Shown here: piece after piece, positions 34,408 to 43,031 of the stretch
Numbering within the stretch: position 1 is the first letter of the stretch
Layout of the letters: each line of letters begins with the position of its first letter
From: a virus
IMG/VR virus record: IMGVR_UViG_3300045988_128615
Location: 1 to 51,030 of that record
Strand: one strand, 5' to 3'
DNA length: 51,030 nt
Program-made: the position numbers and the translations under genes
The notes under the pieces: model-generated
The model's database searches: none
What the model saw: the letters and a program-made list of their open reading frames with translations, nothing else
What the model was told of the DNA's origin: nothing

Positions 34408-37400
34408 TCAGATACTTTTTGAAAATTGCTGATAATTGTTTTCTCTTATCGCCTTGGCTAATTTTGCAAATCCTATCTGCTGTGATTTTTCCAGATGCCC
34501 TATCTTTTTCTCCAGTTCACTATAATCATTAACTATTGATACAGGAGGAAGATCGTTTTCGCTTCTATATGCCATAAGACCATCAAAATCATTTGCATGA
34601 GCCTTTATCCTGTCCATATCCACTGCATAAGGTATAACCTTCGCACCTTTAGGGATGTCAACCAAAGTAGGGACAGACGGAGTAATATACGCTCCTTTTT
34701 CAGTAACGATTGTTTCAGGGACACCACCATCACCCACTACAGCCAATCCGCCTTTATGCGAATCAGTACCCTTGGCATACTTCGGAATAGGAGTCGCTAT
34801 AATAGTAGCAAGCTGTATCGCTCCCATAGCACCTAGAGCAGCTATCATAGGTATTGCAGCAGGGAAGCCCAATTGTTTTATCGTCTGCAAAATACCACCT
34901 GCTATCTGTATAGCCGCCTCAGCTATACTGGTAGCTTTCTCAAACTTTGCCTGTTTTGTTCTTAATGCAGCTTTTTTCTTCTCCAATTCGGCATTCTTTT
35001 GTGCCGTTTTATCTTCCGCCGCACGTTTACGCGCTTCGGCTTCTTCAGTTGTTATAGCACCTCTTTCTTCTAAAACCTCTATACGGGAAATTTCCTCTTC
35101 ACCAGCTTTCTCATTCGCTTCCTGTTCAGCCTCAATAGCTTCAATCTGGCGATCATAAATGGATGATATCATTTCACCAATTCCACTAACCATAGAAGCC
35201 CACATCTCGGTAGTCCTTTCCATCTTCTCACCGTCTGTAAGTTCTTTCCAAACACCCGATATCTTATCAGACATAATACTGAATCCCTTATCCATCCCAT
35301 CAAATATACCGGCAAACGGGCTATCGATATCCGATGCAAGATCTTTCAATGCAGAAGAATAACCTTTCAACACTTCAAAATTCCTTCGTGTGATATCCTG
35401 TTGCTCTTCCGCTTTTTTCAACTGATCATCCGCATTTATAGAACCTATCTCTGCTTCCATAGCCTTTATGGATTCTCTCAGCATTTCAATTTGTTGCTTG
35501 CTTACCACGCCCGATGCTTCCGCTATCTCAATCATTTTTTCAGCAGCATCTATCTGTATCTGTAATTGCTCGTTTGCGGCTTTCCGCTCCAGTTCACGCA
35601 TGGCTTCATCGTATTCTTTTCGCGATAGCAGCCCTTTTGAGTAATTTTCTGTTATAATATTTTCAAGTTCCTTATATCCAGTACTTGTAGCTGCTATACG
35701 GAGAGATGATTGTTCCTCTTCCAGTCTGAGCATCTCATCAGTATACTTTTTCTTTTCCTCGATCCTTTTTTTCTCAGCCTCTGCCAACTTCTTAGCATAT
35801 TCCTCATTCTCTTTCGCTATCTTCTGCATTCTCTCTTGGCCCAACATTTCCCGAAGTTTGTTCTCTTCCTCAGAATATCCCTTTACAGCTGCTATCTGGT
35901 CTTTATATTCTTTCTCTATGGCAGCAAGATTACGTTCATGCTCATCTTTAATGAGAGAAACGGACAAGTCAGCCATTTTATTCCTAAGATTCCCCATGTA
36001 TTGCGCTAAATCATCCGATGCTTTATCGGCAGAATGAGGATTAAATGTAACATCTCCAATGTTAATAGAACTTGCCATATCTCTACTAGCCTTATCTGCT
36101 TGATATAACTGATTTAATAAAGAACCTATTTCTTTATCCAAGTCTTCAACCTGCTTGTTTAACTTCCCATACATGTCTCTAGCTGTATCCATAGCTGCCC
36201 CTTGACTGGATTCATATTGTGCTTTCATCTGATCTCTAGCAGATTCAAGTTTCGCACGTTTTTCTTCTTTTTCTGCCAACTGATCTTCCAAGTCTAATTT
36301 TTGTTTAGCCTGTTCTACAAGCCGATCTTGCACAGCTCTAGCTTTAGCCGAAGCTAATATGGCATTAGATAACCTTTGATAACTATCAGCCGCTTTACCT
36401 GCAAGAATGTTTTCATCACTTATATTTTTAAAGTATGAAGGATATTGCTTTTTCAGTTCCTCAACGGCTTTTTCCCGCTCTCCCATAGGTTTATTCAAAT
36501 TGACAGCAGCCCTATATAATATATCCAATTTAATAGCTTCATCTTGGGCATTTTTCACACCTTCTTTTTGAGCTTTATTCAAATCCTCCTGAAGCTGTTT
36601 TAGATAATCAATTTCTTTTCTCGCATCAAACAGGCTACCCACCCATTTGGTTATCTCACCTCCATAACTCGATAAAAGAGTTATCCCAACAACTAAAGCC
36701 GTCTGCCAACTAAGAAGGGAACTCAATACCTGTTTAAATACAGGTGTAGCAGTCTGCCCCGGTTTTTTAAGAAGTTCATATTCCACCCTTGCTTTCTTTA
36801 ACTCATCAATAAATATAGGAAGGTTATTGGATATGGCAAGAAAGAAAGTATTGGCACTAACAGACAAAGCCGGAAGTTCTCTCGCAATCTGTTGTATGGA
36901 AACATTAAGGCCATTCCAACCAGAAGCATAATTACCCACATTACGTTGGTAATTGCCCATCTGTGCATCTATATCCTTTAATTGTTGATTCAGCTTGCCG
37001 ATATTGTTCAAGATATCCATACCTTTTGCTCCCTCGCGTGCAGCTTGTGAAAGGTTATAATATTCCTTTTCCAACTGAAGCATTGAAGCCTTCATCTCGT
37101 TATAGCTTCCTGTAGTGGCAATCGCTACCTGTGTATGATTTCTCAATATCGCCAAATATTGTTTATTCTGCTCTGTCAGCGTGCGTAACTGGGATACCGT
37201 AGCATCTCTTTTGGACTTGTATTCCTCTTCGCTGATAGCACCTTTCTTATACTCCTCCGATAATTCTTTCAGAGATGTTCTTAAGGCTGAAATTATTTCT
37301 TTGTTATCACTTAATCTACTGTTCAATTCGGAGGCTTGTGTATCAAAAGCCTTTACCGTCTGACGGATTGAATCAAAATCAGCAGCAGTCATGGATATTT

Positions 37401-37824
37401 TCTTAGATGCCTCTTGGAATGAAACAGAAGCAGTTTCCGCATCCTGTGACACGTTCTTCAAGTCTTCGGAAGCACCTCTCAAATTTACTTTTACTTCCGT
37501 TATCTTGTCTGCCAATGTATTCAATGGTTTGGTAAGAAGCTCTATCTTACGGGAAATATCGGTCAATAACTTTAATTGACTAGCCTGTAATTCAGACAAC
37601 CTATTTTGAGAAGCATATAATTTGGTAATTGTAGCATTATAACTGTCAACTTTAGACTGGTATTCTCTTAGATTACCCGGCTTAAAATTTATGCCATCAC
37701 TTAATTGTTTTGTGAAATTCGCATATTCGGAAGATGTGGTTTGAATATTAATCCTTATCTCATTTAACTTCTTAACGATGTTAGGATCAATCGCATCAGT
37801 AATTTTAAATTCTGCTCCTGCCAT
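34408..37824 (-). CDS. tail tape measure protein
   Basis: 1138 aa with long coiled-coil-type sequence and hydrophobic segments (WQTALVVGITLLSSYGG; FPAAIPMIAALGAMGAIQLATIIATPIP). Confidence 0.85.
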   Translation of the reverse strand: MAGAEFKITDAIDPNIVKKLNEIRINIQTTSSEYANFTKQLSDGINFKPGNLREYQSKVDSYNATITKLYASQNRLSELQASQLKLLTDISRKIELLTKPLNTLADKITEVKVNLRGASEDLKNVSQDAETASVSFQEASKKISMTAADFDSIRQTVKAFDTQASELNSRLSDNKEIISALRTSLKELSEEYKKGAISEEEYKSKRDATVSQLRTLTEQNKQYLAILRNHTQVAIATTGSYNEMKASMLQLEKEYYNLSQAAREGAKGMDILNNIGKLNQQLKDIDAQMGNYQRNVGNYASGWNGLNVSIQQIARELPALSVSANTFFLAISNNLPIFIDELKKARVEYELLKKPGQTATPVFKQVLSSLLSWQTALVVGITLLSSYGGEITKWVGSLFDARKEIDYLKQLQEDLNKAQKEGVKNAQDEAIKLDILYRAAVNLNKPMGEREKAVEELKKQYPSYFKNISDENILAGKAADSYQRLSNAILASAKARAVQDRLVEQAKQKLDLEDQLAEKEEKRAKLESARDQMKAQYESSQGAAMDTARDMYGKLNKQVEDLDKEIGSLLNQLYQADKASRDMASSINIGDVTFNPHSADKASDDLAQYMGNLRNKMADLSVSLIKDEHERNLAAIEKEYKDQIAAVKGYSEEENKLREMLGQERMQKIAKENEEYAKKLAEAEKKRIEEKKKYTDEMLRLEEEQSSLRIAATSTGYKELENIITENYSKGLLSRKEYDEAMRELERKAANEQLQIQIDAAEKMIEIAEASGVVSKQQIEMLRESIKAMEAEIGSINADDQLKKAEEQQDITRRNFEVLKGYSSALKDLASDIDSPFAGIFDGMDKGFSIMSDKISGVWKELTDGEKMERTTEMWASMVSGIGEMISSIYDRQIEAIEAEQEANEKAGEEEISRIEVLEERGAITTEEAEARKRAAEDKTAQKNAELEKKKAALRTKQAKFEKATSIAEAAIQIAGGILQTIKQLGFPAAIPMIAALGAMGAIQLATIIATPIPKYAKGTDSHKGGLAVVGDGGVPETIVTEKGAYITPSVPTLVDIPKGAKVIPYAVDMDRIKAHANDFDGLMAYRSENDLPPVSIVNDYSELEKKIGHLEKSQQIGFAKLAKAIRENNYQQFSKSI

Positions 37825-37883
37825 GGTCTTTTCGTAAGTTTTGGGTAGTGCATGACTTCATGCACCTTCTAAAAGCAAAGATA
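37825..37883 (-). promoter_or_regulatory. late leader copy: TATCTTTG box, GTGCATG-AAGT-CATGCAC hairpin, AAACTTACGAAAAGACCATG
   Basis: Read on the minus strand. The box is at 37876-37883, the hairpin at 37848-37865, and the conserved 20-mer abuts the tape-measure ATG. Confidence 0.5.
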
Positions 37884-37916
37884 GTGATTTTATTGATATT
37901 ATGAAGGTGAGAAAAT

Positions 37917-37959
37917 AAAAAATGAGGTTGTATCAAATGCTGATACAACCTCATTTTTT
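37917..37959. terminator. strong bidirectional intrinsic terminator
   Basis: AAAAAATGAGGTTGTATCA aatgc TGATACAACCTCATTTTTT. The stem is 14 bp, extended by the A/T runs. It lies directly after the LRR gene stop. Confidence 0.85.
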
Positions 37960-37960
37960 A

Positions 37961-38563
37961 TCATTCGTTTTCTTGAATGTTATTAAATTTACTCCATCCT
38001 ATTGCCCTTGAATATATTTCCAAACGACCTTTAGGTACATATAAGATACAATTCTTTTTCACATCTTCATCAAAGCAATTTTCAAAAATATCTGGAGGAG
38101 TCAAACATTCTATATTTATTTTTGCTATATTGGGACAATTTTTAAAAGCATTAGGATCTATATTTTTGGTTCTAGGACCAATAGTAATAACTTTTAAATT
38201 TAAGCATCCTTCAAAAGATTCATCTCCAATCCTTTCCGTTCCTTCTCCTGTATATAAAAAATCAAGGCCCAAACAATCTTTAAAACTTCTTTGACCTATT
38301 ATTTTTACTTTTTCATGGATAGTAACATCAGTAATATAAATCATTCCTTTAAAAACCTCATAACCAATAGTCGTAACCCCTTTAGGTATTATTACTTTTC
38401 CCTTTTGTTCACTTTTTATTTTTTCTAAAACAAGAGCGACATCATTATCCCCTGCAATAGCTCTCAATACAAAATCCCCATCTTCAGCTTTAGTTCCTTT
38501 TCCCATGTTGAGTGCAACAATTACTATTATTGCTATCACTCCAATCATTAAAATAGCAGACAT
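37961..38563 (-). CDS. membrane-anchored leucine-rich-repeat (BspA-type) protein, moron candidate
   Basis: N-terminal anchor ILMIGVIAIIVIVALNM. Repeated units such as VTTIGYEVFKGMIYITDVTI, VKIIGQRSFKDCLGLDFL, TERIGDESFEGCLNLKVITI and NIDPNAFKNCPNIAKINI. Confidence 0.7.
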   Translation of the reverse strand: MSAILMIGVIAIIVIVALNMGKGTKAEDGDFVLRAIAGDNDVALVLEKIKSEQKGKVIIPKGVTTIGYEVFKGMIYITDVTIHEKVKIIGQRSFKDCLGLDFLYTGEGTERIGDESFEGCLNLKVITIGPRTKNIDPNAFKNCPNIAKINIECLTPPDIFENCFDEDVKKNCILYVPKGRLEIYSRAIGWSKFNNIQENE

Positions 38564-38614
38564 TATCTATAGTTTTTAATTAGTTATTTTTTACAAAGTA
38601 CAATATTTTCAAAT

Positions 38615-39337
38615 TCAATTGCAAACATTACAACATATTTGTTTGCAATTTAGAATATTGTATAAATAAATTAGATAGATAGGCTTTTCTTTCATCTCAA
38701 AGTAGCCTGCATCAATATATTTCTGTTTTGGCTCATTCCTGTTAGCAAAGAATACTCCTGCTTCACGAAGCTTCTTGAACAAGGTATTTCGTCCGAATGG
38801 TAAGCCGAGTATCTTGGCAGCCTGTCCTATATCACATTTGCCTTCCATCGCAAAGGCTTTGTCGGCAAAGTCAGCTTTGGGCTGGAGCTTCTCTATCTTA
38901 GCATCTTTCTGTTCGATTTGCTTTTTCTGTTGCTCCGATTCAATACGCATCCGTTCTTTCTCCTTTTCAGAAGCTACCAAAGCCTCCAATGCTTCAATGT
39001 AGGTGCTAGGAGTTTGAAAATTCCCGTTTTGTTTGTCCCTTTCCAATTCTTCCCAACGATCTATAATCTTTTCCCTGAGTTTTGCATCGTATCCGCTGGC
39101 AAGGATTAGGCAACCTTTCTTTGTAAGTTCATAACAAGGTCTTTTCTCACCCTTTTTATCGGTGTATTCAACCTCCACAAAATTGTGGGCGTTTACTCCT
39201 TGATTAAGTAAGTTTCTGATGTCACGTAAGATAGCATCATGTCGCTTACCTGTGAGTTCCGCAATCTCCAGTGAACTTATTGTTCTTTTTTCGCCATTTT
39301 CCCCATCAATAGGTATTAACTTATTAAAATTTTCCAT
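38615..39337 (-). CDS. Rha-family regulator fused to a KilAC/ANT-type antirepressor domain (C-terminally aberrant)
   Basis: ISSLEIAELTGKRHDAILRDIRNL is Rha-type. GQAAKILGLPFGRNTLFKKLRE is KilAC-type. The last about 25 codons (PIYLIYLYNILNCKQICCNVCN) run through a hairpin-forming inverted repeat. Confidence 0.7.
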   Translation of the reverse strand: MENFNKLIPIDGENGEKRTISSLEIAELTGKRHDAILRDIRNLLNQGVNAHNFVEVEYTDKKGEKRPCYELTKKGCLILASGYDAKLREKIIDRWEELERDKQNGNFQTPSTYIEALEALVASEKEKERMRIESEQQKKQIEQKDAKIEKLQPKADFADKAFAMEGKCDIGQAAKILGLPFGRNTLFKKLREAGVFFANRNEPKQKYIDAGYFEMKEKPIYLIYLYNILNCKQICCNVCN

Positions 39338-39365
39338 ATCTTTGCGATATAAGATTAATATTGTT

Positions 39366-39400
39366 CCCCGTTGGCGGCTCAGTCACTTCCGCCTCCGGGG
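39366..39400 (-). promoter_or_regulatory. GC-rich two-tier hairpin in the leader of the Rha/KilAC gene
   Basis: Minus strand reads CCCCG GA GGCGG AAGTGACTGAG CCGCC AA CGGGG, then ..ATCGCAAAGATATG. Confidence 0.5.
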
Positions 39401-39418
39401 ATTTATTTTGACTGATTG

Positions 39419-39466
39419 TAGCAGGTGAGGGATCGAACCTCATTGTGCCATTATTCACTCCTGCTT
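39419..39466 (-). ncRNA. tRNA-like minihelix (acceptor-like stem plus canonical T-arm), possible tRNA remnant or att core
   Basis: Minus strand reads AAGCAGG-(17 nt)-TGAGG TTCGATC CCTCA-CCTGCTA. No D or anticodon arms are present. Confidence 0.35.
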
Positions 39467-39500
39467 TCCTCCCTTATACTATCCACGCTTGGAATTGTAT

Positions 39501-39540
39501 AAAAAGAAAGTTCCGTAATAGGTGCAAGCTACTACGGAAC
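39501..39540 (-). terminator. intrinsic terminator (minus strand)
   Basis: Minus strand reads GTTCCGTA..TACGGAAC (8-bp stem) followed by TTTCTTTTT. Confidence 0.7.
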
Positions 39541-39676
39541 AGTCATATATAAACTCCAATAGGAGAATATTTAATCAACATCAAGTAACGCCTTGCACTT
39601 GTTACATATACAAAGGTAAATGATGTTTTTATCTTATACAATGGTATGAATATTAAACAAAAGACAATATCAATTA

Positions 39677-39716
39677 ATAGTAATACTAAGTAACGCATAG
39701 TAATATATAGTAACGC
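39677..39716. repeat. 20-nt tandem direct repeat (2 units), AGTAACGC-containing
   Basis: ATAGTAATACTAAGTAACGC and ATAGTAATATATAGTAACGC. A third AAGTAACGC lies at 39583-39591. Confidence 0.8.
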
Positions 39717-39838
39717 AATTATTAAATATTACATTCACAATTTAGACAAAATCTAAATTACAACATAAATGATAGTTTTGTTTTTCAATTAAAAAATAAA
39801 TATCTTTTCGCACAAGACATTTGAGGAAAAATCAATAT

Positions 39839-40540
39839 TTACATTGGGAGAACATTGGGATATTTTCGGTAATACAATTTAGTCAATGTAGATTTAAGGC
39901 TGTTATAGTCTTTGATAAAGCCTAAATCTATCCATTGAGCTATCTGTAATTCTAACTCATATAATTCGCGGATTTTATCTTCATCGCCAATCTTATTACG
40001 CATTTCTGATTCATGTTTGCCATAAACTATGATGTTTAGAGACTTGGCTAAGTCCTTAATCTTTTTCTGGAATATATCCCCAGGGAGTATTGAACAAACG
40101 GCATGACACATAGCAGGATAAGCATCTCCAGCTAAATTACGGTATTGAATCATCTCATCATATACGAAGCGTATTACCTTTACTTCAAAGCGAGGATTAA
40201 TCCACATGGCAAATTTGGTAAATAAGAAAGGATGCATCCATACTTCTTCTTTAGGTCTGCCAGCTTTACCCTTCTCTTTAACCTTACTCTTCTTAACTAC
40301 CTGATTATCAATTTTAGGGGAATTTTCCCCTAAACCATTTTCACGTTCTTCAGCTATGAGCGCTTCTATAAAATCTCCAGTTCTTTTAGCCAAAAGAAAC
40401 TCATCCATTTTTCTTTGTTCATTTCCTTTTACTGAATTCCATTGACGTAACAAGTCCCCACCGTCAAAATAGCTATCTTTTGTTCTCTGACTAACTGTAA
40501 ATTCACCCATTGGGCGAATCATGATTTGATTCGTTTTCAT
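39839..40540 (-). CDS. KilA-N domain protein
   Basis: VWMHPFLFTKFAMWINPRFEVKVIRFV is a KilA-N signature end. The start is taken at the ATG giving MKTNQIMIRP; the ORF track begins 32 codons upstream. Confidence 0.65.
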   Translation of the reverse strand: MKTNQIMIRPMGEFTVSQRTKDSYFDGGDLLRQWNSVKGNEQRKMDEFLLAKRTGDFIEALIAEERENGLGENSPKIDNQVVKKSKVKEKGKAGRPKEEVWMHPFLFTKFAMWINPRFEVKVIRFVYDEMIQYRNLAGDAYPAMCHAVCSILPGDIFQKKIKDLAKSLNIIVYGKHESEMRNKIGDEDKIRELYELELQIAQWIDLGFIKDYNSLKSTLTKLYYRKYPNVLPM

Positions 40541-40750
40541 GTCTTTTCGTTCACAAGATGTTCCGTACATCTTAATACGGGATATAAAAAAATGCGGCAA
40601 CCGATATAGAGGAGTCGGCCACCGCATCATATCCATTACTCTTAATGAATATATAATATCTTTCTATGCGAAACCTCTATCTATCGCTGTTGCTAAATTA
40701 ATAAATAATACGGGAAACGCCAAAATAATAGAATGATAAAAATCACCATT

Positions 40751-40954
40751 TTACGGAAATATGAATTCAACAAACTCACCCGACCAGTTTTCACCTTCAC
40801 GACAGAATTTATACACATCTCCAACCTTGTATAATATATAAACACATTCATCCATAACAGCAGCCTTCTCTGCGATTGATCGCATATGCTCCATTTCCCT
40901 CATTGACTTATTCCCTTGGCACAAGCAGTTTTTCATAATTCGGTTCAATTCCAT
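40751..40954 (-). CDS. hypothetical protein
   Basis: 67-aa ORF at the end of the head-proximal tail gene block. Confidence 0.5.
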   Translation of the reverse strand: MELNRIMKNCLCQGNKSMREMEHMRSIAEKAAVMDECVYILYKVGDVYKFCREGENWSGEFVEFIFP

Positions 40955-40971
40955 TTTTTGTTAATAATACT

Positions 40972-41490
40972 TTATAGTTCGCACCTCCTTATAAATTTCT
41001 CAATAGAGGGCATAAGCCTGTACGTAACATAATGCCTCCTTGCTTTGGAGCTTACCTTGAAAATTTTATAACCATATTTCTTCTCAATATCAGAACCAAA
41101 AGAAACGCCATAGCTGGCAATCCTTATACCATTTGATATTGGTATTGCCGTGATGGAACTATAAAAATCTCCACGTATGATAAGGTTTGGAGTATTGTTC
41201 CCTCTTGCAGAAAAACCCAGATATGAAGGTTTCGGTTTCTGTATCTTTGTCTTCCAATTTTTATAGCGTTCGGCGTTTTTCTTCCAATGCTCTCCATAAG
41301 TTTTTTTAAAGTATGGGTCCTCTGTATATCCGGGAATTAAAGGACTTTCATCGCCATCAACACCACTATATAGCTGTTCTCGTATATATTCCTCAAACTG
41401 AGGAACATCCCTTTCCATCTTATCCCTTATCATTGGCTGAATGCCATCAGCCAATTTCTTCCAACATCTCGCGTATTCCTCCAATGTCAT
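40972..41490 (-). CDS. hypothetical tail-module protein
   Basis: First ATG is at 41490 (MTLEEYARCW..). A TTG at 41508 would overlap the upstream stop. Confidence 0.55.
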   Translation of the reverse strand: MTLEEYARCWKKLADGIQPMIRDKMERDVPQFEEYIREQLYSGVDGDESPLIPGYTEDPYFKKTYGEHWKKNAERYKNWKTKIQKPKPSYLGFSARGNNTPNLIIRGDFYSSITAIPISNGIRIASYGVSFGSDIEKKYGYKIFKVSSKARRHYVTYRLMPSIEKFIRRCEL

Positions 41491-41504
41491 AGCAAAACGG
41501 GGGA

Positions 41505-41696
41505 TCAATCTCCCCCGCCTCCTAAATTACTGTTATTGATAATTCTATTATATACGGAAACCAGCCTTGATTTCCGCCTTTCTCTAGAAATGTCCTTCCA
41601 GAATACATCTATATTCTGAGCGACAAACTCATCCAATGAAAGTTTGACCACCTCGGACTCTATAAATGTGACTCCATTAATTCTCATTGTACCCAT
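41505..41696 (-). CDS. hypothetical protein
   Basis: 63-aa ORF downstream of the putative major tail gene. Confidence 0.5.
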   Translation of the reverse strand: MGTMRINGVTFIESEVVKLSLDEFVAQNIDVFWKDISRERRKSRLVSVYNRIINNSNLGGGGD

Positions 41697-42526
41697 TGTT
41701 CAATTCCAATGACCCCATCAGCCTGTAAAATAGAAGGAGATTTAAGCACCGGCACACCTCCTGTCGCTGTAAGCACACCGTTACTGTATTCCAGTGCTGA
41801 TGCACCAGAAACGACCGTTGAAGCCTTCTCAGACAATATAGATCCATAATATGCAGTAAGATCCGTGCGGTCATAATGATCCACGAGCTTATATGTATTT
41901 TCAGAAGATGTCATTTTGACAAACTCAACGTAATTCAATCCCTTGAGAACATTTTCCAAATTGACACCCGCTTGCTTTACAGACATGTTTTTCATCATCT
42001 TCTCGGTATCGGAATACATCGCATTAAACGCAAGATAAGCCTTCTGACCGCTTGAATCATAAGCCTGTCCTGTAGGGTAAACACCAGATAATGCAAAACC
42101 CGCAAGTTCATCTGTCCCGTCATCTTCTCCGTAGATTACATTATTCTTGTCAAAAACATACATATCAAACAATGTATCCTTGTTGGCTACAAGATTAGCT
42201 TGTAAAGCTAGATTAAACTTACGCAACGTGAATGTATCCGTCCTTGCCGAATAGCCCGTTATTTCCGACCCGGCATAACCATTTTCTGTTGTATTGGGTT
42301 CACCGCCGCTTACCGCGTATTCCGAAAATCCTGTAATAGGATAAATTCTGTCCGGATAATCAGCATGACAGGCTTTCTCCAAAGCCTCAGCAGTCAATCC
42401 TTTGGGCAGTTTTTTGCCATGAATGACCAATATAACACCTGCGACCTTGTCCGGTTGCAGGGGGCAGTAACTCATTCCAGTATTAAATCCGGACGTGCCG
42501 CCGCACTCTCTAATATCTGTTCGCAT
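41684..42526 (-). CDS. putative major tail protein
   Basis: 280 aa, located after the connector genes and before the tape-measure region. The call rests on position and size only. Confidence 0.5.
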   Translation of the reverse strand: MRTDIRECGGTSGFNTGMSYCPLQPDKVAGVILVIHGKKLPKGLTAEALEKACHADYPDRIYPITGFSEYAVSGGEPNTTENGYAGSEITGYSARTDTFTLRKFNLALQANLVANKDTLFDMYVFDKNNVIYGEDDGTDELAGFALSGVYPTGQAYDSSGQKAYLAFNAMYSDTEKMMKNMSVKQAGVNLENVLKGLNYVEFVKMTSSENTYKLVDHYDRTDLTAYYGSILSEKASTVVSGASALEYSNGVLTATGGVPVLKSPSILQADGVIGIEQWVQ

Positions 42527-43031
42527 AACAATTCTGATTTTTAACTGTTAAATCCAAATTCTTTATTTCAATAGCATCTATCTTTTCGCCAACTTCCTTA
42601 CCGTCAACATCAACAGCGCCACGTCTTCCAAAACTATAATTTTCTGAATATGTATGGCTTACAATACCGGAGTAACCGAAATCAAATTTATCACATTTTT
42701 TTAACTCTTCTATGAATCGGTAATACAAAGGTCGAAGAATACCTTCAAAAGATATCTCACGACGTTGTTCATTTGTATACTTTTCCAGTGTATTGGTAGC
42801 GATTATTATGTTTACAGATGCCTTACAAAAATAATTCTCACTATCCCTTTCCTCGTCTAAGGGAACATACAGCCCTATCATTGGGAATTTTCCCGATGCT
42901 GTCACCCTGCTTTTCCCAAGAAGAAGAAGTGTTTCCCTTATATAAGAACTGTCACCATATATGTAATTTATCTGTTGATCCATTCTTTTTGACAAGGAAG
43001 CACATACATCTGATATTATATCAATTATCAT
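42510..43031 (-). CDS. putative head-tail joining / tail terminator protein
   Basis: 173-aa ORF. The call rests on position between capsid and tail genes. Confidence 0.45.
   Translation of the reverse strand: MIIDIISDVCASLSKRMDQQINYIYGDSSYIRETLLLLGKSRVTASGKFPMIGLYVPLDEERDSENYFCKASVNIIIATNTLEKYTNEQRREISFEGILRPLYYRFIEELKKCDKFDFGYSGIVSHTYSENYSFGRRGAVDVDGKEVGEKIDAIEIKNLDLTVKNQNCYANRY

Noticed and set aside
34655-35158. Plus-strand 167-aa ORF (and similar ones at 35159, 35710, 37181, 37391) inside the tape-measure gene
   Set aside because: These are antisense shadows of a long minus-strand gene with low-complexity Ala/Ser/Ile-rich translations. The same reasoning applies to 2197..2661, 7567..8046, 13371..13817, 14440..15036, 25074..25331, 31166..31531 and 43872..44189.
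41490-41530. Programmed -1 frameshift joining the 63-aa ORF (41505..41696) to the 178-aa ORF, by analogy with tail chaperones G/GT
   Set aside because: The downstream ORF is in the -1 frame and a GGGGGA..TCCCCC hairpin spans the junction. However, there is no X XXY YYZ slippery heptamer, the downstream ORF has its own ATG at 41490, and the pair is not adjacent to the tape measure gene.
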